Assembly (NCBI GenBank): GCA_951406725.2
Contig: OX597820.1
Location: forward strand, 19,282,001-19,346,000
Direction: 5' to 3'
From: Octopus vulgaris
Lineage: Eukaryota
Length of the DNA stretch: 64,000 nucleotides
The notes under the pieces are model-generated. The model was not told where the DNA came from. It worked only from the letters and a program-made list of their open reading frames with translations, and did no database searches. The translations under genes and the position numbers were made by a program. Below are positions 1-13,125 of the stretch, piece after piece (position 1 is the first letter of the stretch; the number at the start of each line of letters is the position of its first letter).

Positions 1-92
1 CACTCAATAAACACACACAACGCCCGGTCTGGGAATTGAAACTGCGATCCTCTGACCGCGAGTCTGCTGCCCTTACCACTGGGCCATTGGGC
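1..92 (-). mobile_element. SINE family D, tRNA-derived head, cut by the window edge
   Basis: Reverse complement matches the head of the copies at 18214 and 50654 (A box TGGCCCAGTGG, B box-like GTTTCAATTCC). Confidence 0.8.
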
Positions 93-269
93 TTTCTGTT
101 GTTGCTGTCAGTTTCTCCTATCAACAAATCATACAATCACTTACCTACCTTCAAACGTGTGGAATAAGAAACCCATTGCTTGAAAAAAAACGGGTTGGGG
201 TTGGCACCAGAAAGGGTATCCAGCTATAAAAGAGTGCCTCAAATAACGTAGTTGTCCAACCCACACAAG

Positions 270-299
<30 letters not shown>

Positions 300-305
<6 letters not shown>

Positions 306-860
306 TGCTGGCATGTGTTGGACACTATGACAGGAGCTGGCTAGCCTGCGCCAGGCACCAATTGTTTTTTGTTTCAGCATGGTTCCAATCAGCGCCGTGG
401 AGTCGAAACAGAAAGCTTTGACTCTGACTCCTGTACTATTGGCACCACTGACTCTGATTCTGACTCCGACTTTGACTCCTCTTTATGTAATCACGTGATT
501 GTGGTCTGCATATCTCATAAAGCATATGCATACACTTGTACTTTGAGTAGGCCTATATGTCATAACTGGTTTATATTAAAGAATAAAGATATTGTGAGTC
601 GGAATCAGAGTCGATATAGTTTTACTGACTTTGACTCCAGCTACCCCTTAATTGTTTCCAACTCAAACACCACAACTCCATGACACTGACTCCGACTCCA
701 CAGCTCTGGTTCCAATGGTTGGATACCCTTCCTAATGCCAACCCCTCTACAGAGTGCACTGGGCGCTTTTCAAGTGGTACCATCACCAATGCTTTTAATG
801 TGACACCATCACCAGTGCTTTTTATGTGACATCAGTACTAATACACAGACTCAAAATGAA
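300..860 (-). mobile_element. Family C RTE-type 3' tail, interrupted by a hAT MITE
   Basis: (CAT)n end plus the GGATACCCTTCCTAATGCCAACC motif shared with other C copies; the sequence resumes after the 390-708 insertion. Confidence 0.65.
390..708. mobile_element. hAT-type MITE
   Basis: TIRs CAGCGCCGTGGAGTCG...CGACTCCACAGCTCTG, perfect 8-bp TSD GTTCCAAT (382-389, 709-716), internal GACTCC/GACTCT repeats; second copy at 29495. Confidence 0.9.
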
Positions 861-1010
861 CAAACAAGCAGATATGTCTGCCAATATCAGCTCTGAAATT
901 CTTTTTATTGGTTTCAGCCGAAGGCTGTGACCATGCCAGGGCACGACCATTAACATTAACACTTGTTTATTTTAGCCTTATTTCACTGCTCCATATGTAG
1001 ATATATGTAT

Positions 1011-1780
1011 AGGCGCAGGAGTGGCTGTATGGTAAGTAGCTTGCTTACCAGCCACATGGTTCCAGGTTTAGTCCAACTGCGTGGCACTTTGGACAAGTGT
1101 CTTCTATTATAGCCTCAGGTCGACCAAAGTCTTGTGAGTGGATTTGGTAGATGGAGACTGAAAGAAGCCCATCATATATATATACATATATCATCATCAT
1201 CATCATTTAGCGTCCGCTTTCCATGCTAGCATGGGTTGGACGGTTCAACTGGGGTCTGTGAAGCCGGAAGGCTTCATCAGGCCCAGTCAGATCTGGCAGT
1301 GTTTCTACGGCTAGATGCCCTTCCTAACGCCAACCACTCCGTGAGTGTAGTGGGTGCTTTTTACGTGCCACCCGCACAGGTGCCAGACAGAGCTGGCAAA
1401 CACATATATATATAGTCAATTTAATTTTAAAAATTCCATATGTGACTGAAGATTGCTCTACATTTTAAAACTGATGTAATACGTACATTGTTTAATTAAA
1501 TGAAGTAGCATGAAACGATTGTACTACACTACCTTTGGATATCCTTGTTGCTTATTTTGATTATGTATGTGTGTGTATATGTTTGTCCTCCGAACATCGC
1601 TTGACAATCGATGCTGGTGTGTTTACGTCCCCGTAACTTCGCGGCTCGGCAAAAGAGACTGATAGAATAAATACTAGGCTTACAAAGAATAAGTCCTGGG
1701 GTCGATTTGCTCGACTAAAGGCGGTGTTCCAGCATGGCCGCAGTCAAATGACTGAAACAAGTAAAAGAGTAAAAGAATAT
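1011..1780 (+). mobile_element. SINE family A (tRNA head, CORE-like body), with nested insertions
   Basis: A box TGGCTGTATGGT, B box GGTTTAGTCC, CTTTGGACAAGT core motif, 3' end CAGCATGGCCGCAGTCAAATGACTGAAACAAGTAAAAGAG; family C copy inside the central (TA)n. Confidence 0.9.
1191..1400 (-). mobile_element. Family C RTE-type 3' tail
   Basis: (CAT)n followed by TTTAGCGTCCGCTTTCCATGCTAGCATGGGTTGG...CCCTTCCTAACGCCAACC; inserted in (TA)n. Confidence 0.85.
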
Positions 1781-2492
1781 ATACATACATGTATATGTAT
1801 ATGTGTCTACGTATAAATATATAATATATATATATATCCACTCACACACACACACACACACACATATTCCAATAAACGAACTGCTGTGTGTATATGCATC
1901 TATGTTTATTCACACTATCATTTACTATTTAGTGACTATTGGTAATCATAAAATCCTTCTATTTTTGTATTATTTTTAAACATTCTGTAATAATAGATCT
2001 TTACTTCCATAATGCGTTTTCTCACTCAAAATCATGAGATTTTTGGCAAAACACAATTTCTTAGTTTGATGGGAGCAAATTTTGTCAATTTTCTCCTGCG
2101 CTAAGCAGCAGATATTGGTTGGAGTTATTACATTTAATTCAACACATTATATATTCTTTATTTTAAAAACTGATGCTTGCTTATTTGGAATAATTCCAAA
2201 AACAAAAAAAGAATATGTTGGAACCGATGCAAATTAGTGCAGATGTTCTCTGTAATACAAGATGTCTGAAACTAAAATAAGCTGAGGAACGCATGGGAGA
2301 TGGAGAATTATGTGATGGCTACAATGCTAAAGTACTGGACTATCTTTTAACCACGCAGTTTTGTAGTTGTGAATCCAAGCCCCGTATCTTGGTAGATTTT
2401 TAATTTTGTTTTCTTCCTGAATAGTAATATGTACTATATGATTTTTCATCTCTATTTTAGTGGTTGAGGTTTGCCAGCACTCTCTGGCATAG

Positions 2493-2561
<69 letters not shown>

Positions 2562-2777
2562 GCAGAATTTATCAGGATTAGGAACAGGTGGGATATAGGC
2601 TACATATGTTTCATAACTAGCTGAAGTCCATTATGTAAGCCTTATGCAACAAACTCTCCTCAGTGTGTATATGTGGGCACATGCAGGTGTATCTCTCACT
2701 CTCTCTCTTTCTCTCTGTATATATATATATGCTAGCACGGAAAGCGGACGTTAAATGATGATGATGATGATATATAT

Positions 2778-2983
2778 ATTTCTTTATTGCCCACAAGGGG
2801 CTAAACATAGAGGGGACAAACAAGGACAGACAAAAGGATTAAGTTGATTACATCGACCCCAGTGCGAAACTGGTACTTTATTTATTGACCCCAAAAGGAT
2901 GAAAGGCAAAGTCAACCTTGGCGGAATTTGAACTGAGAACATAATGATAGACAAAATACCGCTAAACATTTTGCTTGCCGCCT
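2778..2983 (-). mobile_element. SINE family B, tail type 1
   Basis: Conserved GACTTTGCCTTTCATCCTTTTGGGGTCAATAAATAAAGTACCAG body and GCCCCTTGTGGGCAATAAAGAAAT tail on the minus strand. Confidence 0.85.
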
Positions 2984-3008
2984 TTATATACATATATATA
3001 AAATAAAC

Positions 3009-3083
<75 letters not shown>
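3009..3083. repeat. (TG)n(TA)n microsatellite
   Basis: Direct reading. Confidence 0.95.
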
Positions 3084-3087
<4 letters not shown>

Positions 3088-3095
3088 ACATATAT

Positions 3096-3492
3096 GTGCA
3101 GGGATGGCTGCATGGTAAGAAGCCTGCTTCCAAACCACATGGTTCCAGGTTCAGTCCCACTGTGGCAGCTAGGGCAAGTGTCTTCTATTATAGCCTCAGG
3201 CTGACCAAAGCCTTGTGAGCAGATATGGTAGACAGAAACTGAAAGAAGCCCATTGGACATATATATATATATATATACATACATACATGTGTGTGTGTGT
3301 GTATACCTGTGTTAGTGCCCCCATCATCCATGACAACCGATGTGTTTACATCTCCGTAACATAGCATTTGTCAAAAGAGACCAATAGAATAGGTACTAGG
3401 CTTACAAAGAACAAGTCCCGAGGTCGATTAGTTCATCTAAAGGCAGTGCTCCAGCATGGCCACAGTCAAATGACTGAAACAAGTAAAAGAAT
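3096..3492 (+). mobile_element. SINE family A, near full length
   Basis: Head, core and tail match the other A copies. Confidence 0.9.
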
Positions 3493-3899
3493 ATATATAT
3501 ATATAATATATCGACTGCATATACGGAGTGTATGAGTTTTGCTTGTTTGCTAGTTTTATCCCTCATAGCACTGGGTGTTAAAACACCTGAAAGTCTTAGG
3601 CAAGCAAGACAACTCACCCCACCAGTCCAATTCAAAAGCAATGGATGCCAGTATTTCGCATTTTTTGTAACTTATCTACATCTTCATGTCCTTGAATCAA
3701 ACCATGGACAAACTGAATCACCAGTCTATGACTATTTTGAAAATAGTGTAAGAACCATGTGCTGGTATGCCACTTTGATGTATACCTAAGATTAAATTTT
3801 ATTACGAATTAAAAGCAGCACTGTTGTTGTAAACATTATCGATCGCACATACTCAGTGTGTTTGTTCTGTTTGTTCACTGCAGTAAATATATATATCTT

Positions 3900-4233
3900 G
3901 AGACCCCGTTCGGTCATCACTGACTGTGGGATTGCACCTAGGAAGTTACCCTCCCAGGCACAAGTCCGGGCAATGTTGTTTATGGAAGACCAGCAGTCGC
4001 CCATGCATACCGGCCTCCCCTCTCCACGCCACCAGTGTTATCCAAGGGAAAGGCAAAGGCCAATACAGCTTGGCACCTGTGACATCGCAACTCATTTCTA
4101 CAGCTGAGCGAACTGGAGTAATGTGAAATAAAGTGTCTTGCTCAAGAACACAACATGTAGCCTGGTCTGGGGTTTGAACTCACAACCTCATGATTGTAAG
4201 CTCGATGCTCTAACCACTGAGCCATGTGCCTTC
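3900..4233 (-). mobile_element. SINE family E (tRNA head, CORE-like body)
   Basis: Minus strand GTGAAGGCACATGGCTCAGTGGTTAGAGC...GAGTTCAAACCCC, TTCTTGAGCAAGACACTT core; same as 37746, 52461, 59025. Confidence 0.9.
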
Positions 4234-5001
4234 ACTATATATATGTATGTATGTATTTGTTTGTGTCTGTGTGAGCTGAGATTCAGCATTGAACATGTCT
4301 CCATTTGGGTCATCCATTCACCATGTCTACCTCTATCCCCATCACTTAATCATCTGTCACTTATCTTTCACACTCTTGTGAACTTACTCATTGCCATTTG
4401 ACAACCGGTGCTGGTTTGTTTGCATCCTGTATCTTAGTGGCTGGGCAAAATGTGATCGACAGAATATGTACCAGACTTTAGTCAAATAAACCCCCAGGGT
4501 TTGATTTATTTGACTTAACCTTTCAGAATAGTGCTCCAGCATGGCCACTTACCTGTAACCAAAACTAGTAAAAGATAATAGGCGTGTGTGTGTGCGTACA
4601 TACAATTGGAGTTAAGGTTCTGTTAGATAAACAGTCAATTTTCTTACAATGCTAAAACTGGTCTCTGGTATTGTTCTCTGGGATAAAAATAAAAACGGGC
4701 TATCATTGTTTGCCACTGTGAGCCTTGTTTTCAATACATTTTCTTTTCGGTTGGATATAATTTGTGAAGACTAGTTCTTTATGTTAATCATTCCACTTAA
4801 CATAAAGTGTCCAGCAGGCTACACACATACTTACATACATACATATATATATACATATATATATATATATATGTTAGTGTAGTCATACATTGGCACACAC
4901 TCACAGATATAATGTGTTTTTACAAAAGACTGTTCCTAGTATGTGCAGCTGTGTTAAATGAAAGCAGTGTAGTTCTTTCTCTCTTTCTGTCTCTCTCACA
5001 T

Positions 5002-5046
<45 letters not shown>

Positions 5047-5390
5047 TCTCTTTCTTTCATTCTTAGTACTGTCACCTCAGGACTTAAATCTTTCTCATTC
5101 AATATCTGAGGAATCTCTTTATTGACATGACTAAGCTTATTTCTCCTCGTCTTTTTCTTCACTTTTTCTTTCTTTTTTTTTTTCCTTTTTCTATTTCATT
5201 TTCATTACAAACCCCCCCTCACACTTAATCGCTCTCCTCCCCCTCTCTCTCATTTTATTTGCTTTTGCTTCTTCTGTGAAGGAAAATAACAACAATGTCT
5301 TTGGTAGTTGACAGGTTTCTGATGTGTCTTATAGATTCATTACTTTCTTTCTTGTATAACTGTTTCTTGCGGAATTTTTTTACTTGTCTT

Positions 5391-5454
5391 CTTTCTAATA
5401 TCAGCTCTTTTCCACGAGAATGCTTTCTAATATCAGCTCTTTTCCACGAGAATG
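5391..5454. repeat. Exact 32-bp tandem duplication
   Basis: CTTTCTAATATCAGCTCTTTTCCACGAGAATG occurs twice back to back. Confidence 0.9.
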
Positions 5455-6284
5455 ACAAAAATAATGAAAAAAAAAAAATAAATAAAATAAAATAAAAATC
5501 GTTTTTGGAGCTTAAAAATTATGATACTCTGCTTTTAGTACTCTCTCTCTTTCTCTCTCTCATTATTATTATTTTTTTAAATATTTTTATCTTATTTCAA
5601 TGTCTTCTACAAAGAAACTACTAACCTGTAAATTTAATTCTAACCCCGTTTTTTGTTTTTTTTATGTATACTGTCGTTTTGACTCCCTTTTATAGTCTAT
5701 GCATGTGTGTGCTTTTAATCCTAAACAAAATTATAATCTGAACTATGAATACCGACAATAATAATAAATAATAATAATAATGATAATAATGATAATAATA
5801 ATAATGATGATGATAATGATAACAAAAGTTTAATAAAAAAAAAAATCTCGATACATAAAATTCACAAATGTTTTGTCATTCATTATTATTAGTTCGTTGC
5901 CAGGGTTACAGAGGTGTTGAGTTGTTCATCATTTTATGAGAAGCAATCTGACTATCCGTGCTTCCTCCTCATTAACATCATACCTGTTTGCGGATACTGA
6001 AATTTTGTGTAATACTGTCACCTCCCACACACACACTCACCCCCCCATCTCTCTCTGAATTTCTCTTCTGTATTATCATTTCGCTTTCTTTCTCCTCATC
6101 TTCCTCCCCACCTCATTTCTTGATGGTTCCTATTTGTTAATCTGTCTTAATGAAGGTTGATATTCTTTCGAAACAGCTCGAAGACAGTGACTTAACTTTG
6201 AGCATTTAGAAAATAAAATTGAAATAACATTGCCATTATTATTATCATCATTCTTCTTCTTATTATTATTATTAAGGTGGTGAA

Positions 6285-6945
6285 GGCTGTGAGCTAGTTA
6301 GAATTGTTAGCATGGCTGAGCAAATTGCTTAGTGGTATTTCATCCATCTTTACGTTCTGAGTTCAAATTCCACCGAGGTCGACTTTGCCTTTAATCCTTT
6401 CAGGGTCTATAAAATAAGTACCAGTTAAGCACTGGGGTCGATGTAATCGACCTACTCCCCTCCTCTGAAATTGCTGTCCTTGTGCCAATATTTGAAATCA
6501 TTATTAAGGTAGTAAAGGCAGTGAGTTAACAGAATTGTTAGAAGGCGGCGATCTGGCAGAATCGTTAGCACGCCGGGCGAAATGCTTTGCGGTATTTCAT
6601 CTGCCACTACGTTCTGAGTTCAAATTGTGCCGAGGTCGACTTTGCCTTTCATCCTTTTGGGGTTGATTAAATAAGTGCCAGTTACGCACTGGGGTCGATA
6701 TAACCGACTTAATCCATTTGTCCCTTCTGTATGTAGCCCCTTGTAGGCAATAAAGAAATAAGAATTGTTAGCATGTCATGTAAAATGCCTAGAAGCATCT
6801 CATCCATTTTTATGTACTGAGTTCAAATTCTGCCGAGGTCAACTTCGCCATTCTTCCTTTCAAGGTCGATACGTACCACTTGAGCACTGGGGTCGATACT
6901 GATTTACCCTTCCCCCTGGAACTGTTGGCTTTGTGCCTATATTCC
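6285..6945 (+). mobile_element. Cluster of three SINE B copies, one nested in another
   Basis: Copy at 6542-6760 is flanked by an 11-bp TSD AGAATTGTTAG (6531-6541, 6761-6771) inside an older B copy; another copy at ~6285-6500. Confidence 0.9.
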
Positions 6946-6999
6946 TTTATTCTTTTACTTGTTTCAGTCATTTGACTGTGGCCATGCTGGTGCACTAAG

Positions 7000-7410
7000 G
7001 TGGCTCTCATGCTGGTGGCATGCAATAAGCACCATTCATGCATGGGTTGTTCCCAGTGCTGCCTAACTTGCTCTCTCTGCTGGTGGCACGTAAAAATCAC
7101 CATTTGAACATGGTTGATACTATCACCACCGCCCTGACTGGCTCCTGTGCCGGTAACGAGTAAAAAGTACCATCTGAACGTGGCCGATGCCAGTGCCGCC
7201 TGACTGGCTCCTGTGCCAGTGGCACGTAAAAGAGCACCCACTACACTCTTGGAGTGGTTGGCGTTAGGAAGGGTATCCAGCTCTAGAAACATTGCTAGAT
7301 CAGACTAGAGCCTGATGTGGCCTCCTGGCTTGCCAGTCCCCAGGCAAACCATCCAACTCATGCCAGCATCGAAAGCAGACGTTAAACGACGATGATTATG
7401 ATGATGATGA
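7000..7410 (+). mobile_element. Family C element with internal ~65-bp repeats and (GAT)n tail
   Basis: Repeated GGTGGCACGTAAAA...TGACTGGCTCCTGTGCC units, then GGCGTTAGGAAGGGTATCCAGC and GACGTTAAACGACGATG. Confidence 0.85.
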
Positions 7411-7611
7411 TATGGTGAGATTTGTGGCATTTCAAATCAGAACATGAAAGAGCTTTTCAGAGTTAGTAAAATAGGTTACAATGAAACACTGGATTTGATG
7501 TACAGTAATCCTTCGTGGTTCACCCATTGTGGTTTATTATGGTGTTGTTTTGCATTTATAATAAAATAGATATGTGCAAATTATAAAAATAATGTTAAAA
7601 AAAAATATACA

Positions 7612-8060
7612 GTACAGGAGTGACCGTGTGGTAAGTAGCTTGCTTACCAACCACATGGTTCTGGATTCAGTCCCACTGTATGGCACCTTGACAAGTGTCT
7701 TCTACTATAGCCTCAGACCGACCAAAGCCTTGTGAGTGGATTTAGTAAATGGAAACTGAAAGAAGCCCATTGAATATATATATATATACTCTTTTACTTG
7801 TTTCAGTCAATTTACTGTGGCCATGCTGGAGCACCATCTTTTAGTCGAGCAAATTGACCCCAGGACTTATTCTTTGTAAGTCTAGTACTTATTCTATCAA
7901 ACTCTTTTGCTGAACCGCTAAGTTATGAGAATGTAAACACACCAGCATCGGTTGTCAAGCGATGTTGGGGGGACAAACACGGACACACAAATATATACAC
8001 ACACACATACATATATACATACATATATGACGGGCTTCTTTTAGTTTCCGTTTGCCAAAT
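7612..8060. mobile_element. SINE A 5' half (+) abutting a SINE A 3' part (-)
   Basis: 7612-7775 is a plus-strand head; 7788-8056 is a minus-strand tail and body, joined at (TA)n. Confidence 0.85.
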
Positions 8061-8281
8061 AAAAGTACTGCGGTTGATTCATTCAACTGAAATTCCTCAC
8101 GGTGGTGCCCCAGCATGGCCACAGTCCAATGCCAGACAAATAAAAGACAAAAGGTAAGAATCACCTCAGGTGCCATCATCCTCATTTCAGGCTTGAGACA
8201 CCTCTTAGAATTACAATTCAAATGTTTGGCCTGTTGCCCATGAGTCCTTATAATTATATTACTCAATTGCCACAAATATCT

Positions 8282-8492
8282 AGGCACGTAAAAAGCACCC
8301 ACTACACTCTCGGAGTGGTTGGTGTTAGGAAGGGGCATCCAGCTGTAGAAACTCTGCCAGATCAAGATTGGAGCCTGGTGCAGCCATCTGGTTTGCCAAC
8401 CCTCAGTCAAAATCGTCCAACCCATGCTTGCATGGAAAGCGGATGTTAAACGACAACGACGACGATGATGACGATGATGATGATGATGATGA
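8282..8492 (+). mobile_element. Family C RTE-type 3' tail
   Basis: GGCACGTAAAAAGCACCCACTACACTCTCGGAGTGG...CATGGAAAGCGGATGTTAAAC(GAT)n. Confidence 0.85.
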
Positions 8493-10098
8493 TCAGTAAC
8501 AGTTTAGAACTCATACACAAGCCATTTGTTTCATTAGATCCACTAAGCTCTGTGTTGGCAACTGTTTACATAAATGGTTCAAGAACCGAGGTTGCATCAT
8601 ACCATTCATTCGTTCCGACTTTATCTTTCTCGCTGCAGCCACCTCCAGAAGTCTTTGATCATATATGCATAGGCAAGATGGCAAACTGATAGAATATGCT
8701 CCGGCTGCCATAATGCATTCGCCGCTAGATGTAGCTGCATGACGATGTCATATGGTGCTAGATCAGACCGAAAGATAACGCATCCAGAACGCAAAGAACT
8801 GCGAATGTTTCTAAGTGTTTGATCGGTCATTTCTGTGTTACGTAGGTCTAGTCAAGCAGATTCGATTGTGGAAGCAGTGGGTTGCTATAGGTATTGCTTC
8901 CTACACATCAATATAAAACCCCACCGAATATTGTTGTTGTCGTTGTTATTGTTGTTATTAATACCATCACCATCATCAGCGTCATCGTGTGTTACTTTTC
9001 ATCATCACAACTGCTATTAACCACATCCGACTCTTCATCTGTTCTAAATTTAGATCCGAAGAGAAGAACCGTTCCGACCTTTTGTTTGAGTCATCACCGT
9101 CGAATATCATCATCACATGATCTGTTTTTGACATAATATTGATAATTCCGTCAAACCATCTTTACCTACAGTGTTGTTGTCATCGCTGTCATCGCCGTTG
9201 CTATTATTGTTGTGGTCGTTGTCATCGTTAGTTCCTGCTTCACCCTTAATTACTCTTCTCGTAAATAAGATCTGATGACTCAGCCCCTTGTACCACCTGC
9301 CCCCAACCCTTCAGGTTAGCTGTCATTTGCCTGATTCTGTTTCAGTTAAATATATCTGTTGCACCTAATTAAAATAAACACTTTTACTTCCACAGTAAAG
9401 TGTATGCATATTCAATTTTCCTATTTCAACCTCCAGGCCAATTTACTTTTATTTATTTATTTACGTTTCGTTTGTTTATTTCATCGTTACTTTCCTTATC
9501 GAAGACATCAAAATTTAATTTTCAACTACCGCAAAAATCCAGTTACATTTTTGCTCTTCCATATTTTTATAAATTGCATAAGATAAAATGAAAGTAATTC
9601 TGAAGAATATCGGGTTTTTGTTTTTTTTTTCTTAAATTAGGAAAAAAAATTTTTTTTCTTTATTTATGTGATTATATAGTTAAGATAAACAGTGTGAGAA
9701 TATATGGCAAACATGTTCAACTTCTAACTCTCGCATTTTGCAGTGATGTGTCTATTTTTTTTTTTTTTTTTTTTCCAGCAGGGAGTAGGGAGAAAATAAA
9801 AATAAACATTACTCAAACTTGCCTCAGTTGTAGATCCCAGAAAATTTCCCATTTTATATTAATTCATGTCAGAAATGGTTTCCATCTAGCTGTAAAACAT
9901 GTTTCAACTTTAAAAATACACATTTCCCAAGCTGCTTTCATTCCAGTATCTATTCGCCTTTTTTTTTTTTTTTTAAATAAATCTTTGTAGCCATACATTT
10001 CTCAAAAAAAATATTTGGGTTATCTTTGGCATATATTCCTTAGAAATAGCGATGTAACATTAGAGTTAGGTTGTAATCTACTACAATAATTCCTTTAA

Positions 10099-10318
10099 CC
10101 CTTCAAAATTGAAACCAGCCGTATCCAGCCCGAATATTTTACCTGTTTTAATGTTCAAACTACACGGATCCAACCTCTCACACTGACCCTATAATGCCAT
10201 TCTAAAAATAAACAATCTCGTTATCAAAATCTTGAATCTACAAGATGATGTATGATTAATTCAGAACCATGTGAATAAAGAAGCGATGCATTAGACGGAA
10301 TAATCTGAATGCCAAAGA
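10099..10318. mobile_element. piggyBac-like TTAA MITE, degenerate
   Basis: TTAA-CCCTT left end; body matches 55626-55849; right TIR decayed. Confidence 0.7.
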
Positions 10319-10409
10319 ATGAAGTGAATAATCTTTATTTTAACATTAGTTTAAAATATCATGTGAGATTACAAATCCTGAGATATCTTTTTTTATATAC
10401 ATGTATATA

Positions 10410-10752
10410 CAACGGGCCTCTCTCAGTTTCTGTCTACCAGATCTATACAAAAGGCTTTGGTTGGTACAAAGCTATAGTAAAAGACACTTGCCCAAGGTGG
10501 CATGTAGTGGTATTGAACCTTGAACCATGTAGTTGGGAAGCAAGCTACTTACCACACAGCCATGCCTGCACCTGTATATTCTTTTCACTTGTTTCAATCA
10601 TTTGACTATGGCCATGCTGGAGCGCTGCCTTTAGTTGAGAAAATCAACCCCAGGACTTATTCTTTGTAAGCCTAGTACTTATTCTATCGGTTTCCTTTTG
10701 CTGAACCGCTAAGTTATGGGGATGTAAATACACCAGTATTCGTTGTCAAGCG
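10410..10752 (-). mobile_element. Two SINE A fragments in tandem
   Basis: Head half at 10410-10572 and tail half at 10580-10752, both on the minus strand. Confidence 0.8.
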
Positions 10753-10769
10753 AGACCCCCTCCCAAACA

Positions 10770-11100
10770 TTCTTTGTCTTGCAAGGTACTTGATGATCCT
10801 TCCAGTGCTGGTGCTACTTAAAAAGCATTCAGTCTACACTGTGAAGTGGTTGGCTTTTGTCAGGGCATCCAGCTGTAAAAACCATGCCAAAACTGACTTC
10901 GGTTGTGTTGGTGCCATGTAAAAAGCACTCCGCCCACTCTGTGGAGTGGTTGGTGCTAGGAAGGGCATCCAGCTGTGAAAACCATGTCAAAACAGACACA
11001 GAAATATGGTGCAGCCTGGCCAGCTCCCATCAAACTCTCCACACCCTGCAAGCATGGAAGGAGGACATTAAGCGATGATAATGATGATGATGATGATGAT
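10770..11100 (+). mobile_element. Family C variant with a duplicated internal unit
   Basis: GGGCATCCAGCTGT motif occurs twice; (GAT)n tail. Confidence 0.7.
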
Positions 11101-11329
11101 GGATTTTTTTAAACTGTCCAACCCATGCCATAAAAGAAGAATATAAAACTGATGCTGACACATCTATAGAAATAATTTAAGATAATGTTCAAGTAAAGTT
11201 TATTCATTTACTGCTAAATCTACATTTATTTACACTTTTCAAACAGTATCCATTGATTGCACTTTGGCTCTCTCTTGTACCATTTCTAAAATAGCTTCTT
11301 CTCTCTGTGACATGGTGAATCTTTGCCAA

Positions 11330-11713
11330 TCTATATATATAAAGCTGAAGTTGTCTGTGTATGGCAGGTTTGGTAGCTTTCAACTAACACTATCTCCTCC
11401 GAGACCCTATGGCACAAGTTGACCAAAATTGAGAGTATGATAGAAGAAGGCTTGCTCTTCATTCCATAGAAGATAAAATTCAAATCGGACCATGTTAAGA
11501 CCAAAAATTATTTACATTAAAAAGGTTTTTTTTTTCTATGAAAATCCCTATTTTTTACGATTCTTTGACTGCTGTGTTGCCATTTTTAAGTGAACCAGAA
11601 AAATGTTCACTTAAAGAGAATAACAAGCTACATAATGCAAAATTTTTACTTTTCAAAAATTCCAATTCTAAAGGGTCGAAACAAACCCGAGCAATGCTGG
11701 GTGATACTGCTAG
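11330..11713 (+). mobile_element. Non-autonomous Helitron (384 bp)
   Basis: 5' TC(TATATATATAAA), 3' subterminal hairpin CCCGAGCAATGCTGGG and CTAG end, inserted between A and T with no TSD; copies at 26101 and 45639. Confidence 0.9.
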
Positions 11714-12777
11714 TTCCATTTAAACTCGTTTTCCTTTCTGTACGCTAGTCCGCAAAATCAACTCCAATCAATTATCGAAAACTCCCTGCTAGGTCTGAGA
11801 CTGCTCGAAAAGAATATGGGCACCATTTTTCCATTCCAGAGTAACAAATGAAAGAAAACAGAGAGGAGTAGATGTGAAACATGTGAATTCTACTTTCTGT
11901 AGTAAAGTGGTTAAACTAATAAGCTATTTATCTAAAGTGTGTTCATAAATTTATCGAGCTGTTAAGCAAATATACAAGCTGCTACAGACTTCTTAGTTAC
12001 AACAAAGTTGGTTCACAATGATTAAGAGAAGAATCCAGCTGTAAAACACCTGCTTCATCTATGAAAATGTGTCAGTGTGCAGACTTAAACAAACCAAATT
12101 GATAGATATATAATTGAACATAATGTTCAAAGCTATTTCCTTCTTCGTGCTTGCACTATCAGAGCCTTCCCAGTCTTTGTTAAAATTTTAACTGCTCATT
12201 TATAACGACATTTCGACCGCTACACAGTGTCTTCCTCTTCCACATCTCTGCTTATATATTTCTATTCCAAAGGAGCTTGTTAGGAGGGCTTTGGATGCTG
12301 TCGCCCTTATTTCTGAAGAACTACAATGAAAGAAATGCTTAAAATATGCCAAAAGGAAAAGCAAGTAAAAGTTAATACCGTTCAATCATCCAATTTACCA
12401 TTTCTGTCCAAATGCCTCCAAATGGCATCTCTTCATCTTTTGTCTGTGTGTAGCTGGTAGCAGCCCGAACCCTGTGTGTACCTAAATTTCTTTAAATATC
12501 CTTCTGTTTGAACCAGATTCTTTTCATTCTGTTAATATCTTGCTCATGCTTAGATTTTAATATACAAGTTCATTGATATGGCAAAAATATGCAAGGATAA
12601 TGCTATTGTCAAAATGGCAGTGGCAGCAGCAGTTGTAGTGGTGGTGGCAGCAGCCATCATCACCCACATCATCATCATCATCATCATTATAAATATTAAT
12701 TTCAAATTTTGGCACAAGGCCAGCAATTTTGAGTTGGCAGGAGTTGGGGTGGTGGTCATAGTGTATGTATATGTGCG

Positions 12778-13110
12778 TGGGCAAGTGTCTTCTACAGTAG
12801 CCTCGGGCCGACCAAAGCCGTGTGAGTGGATTTGGTAGATGGAAACTGAAAGAAACCCGTTGTATATATGTATATATATATATGTATGTGTGTGTATATG
12901 TTTGTGTGTCTGTGTTTGTCCCCCCCCCCCCCGACATTGCTTGACAACCAATGCTGGTGTGTTTACGTCCCCGTAATTTAGCGGTTTGGCAAAAGAGACT
13001 GATGGAATAAGTACTAGGCTTACAAAAAATAAGTCTTAGGGTCGATTTGCTGGTCTAAAGGCGGTGCTCCAGCATGGGTGCAGTCAAATGACTGAAACAA
13101 GTAAAAGAGA
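12778..13110 (+). mobile_element. SINE A, 5' truncated
   Basis: Begins at the GGGCAAGTGTCTTCT core and has a full tail. Confidence 0.85.
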
Positions 13111-13125
13111 GTGTATGTGTGTGTA

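Noticed and set aside
3532-3789. 85-aa ORF with a signal-peptide-like start (MSFACLLVLSLIALG)
   Set aside because: No recognisable domain or splice context; hydrophobic starts arise easily in T-rich DNA.
8868-8904. Small hairpin GGAAGCAGT...ATTGCTTCC as a pre-miRNA
   Set aside because: The stem is too short and I recognise no known mature miRNA.
12130-12550. Complex unique sequence that looks coding
   Set aside because: The frames I translated close quickly and show no motif; it may be an old TE remnant but I cannot support a call.
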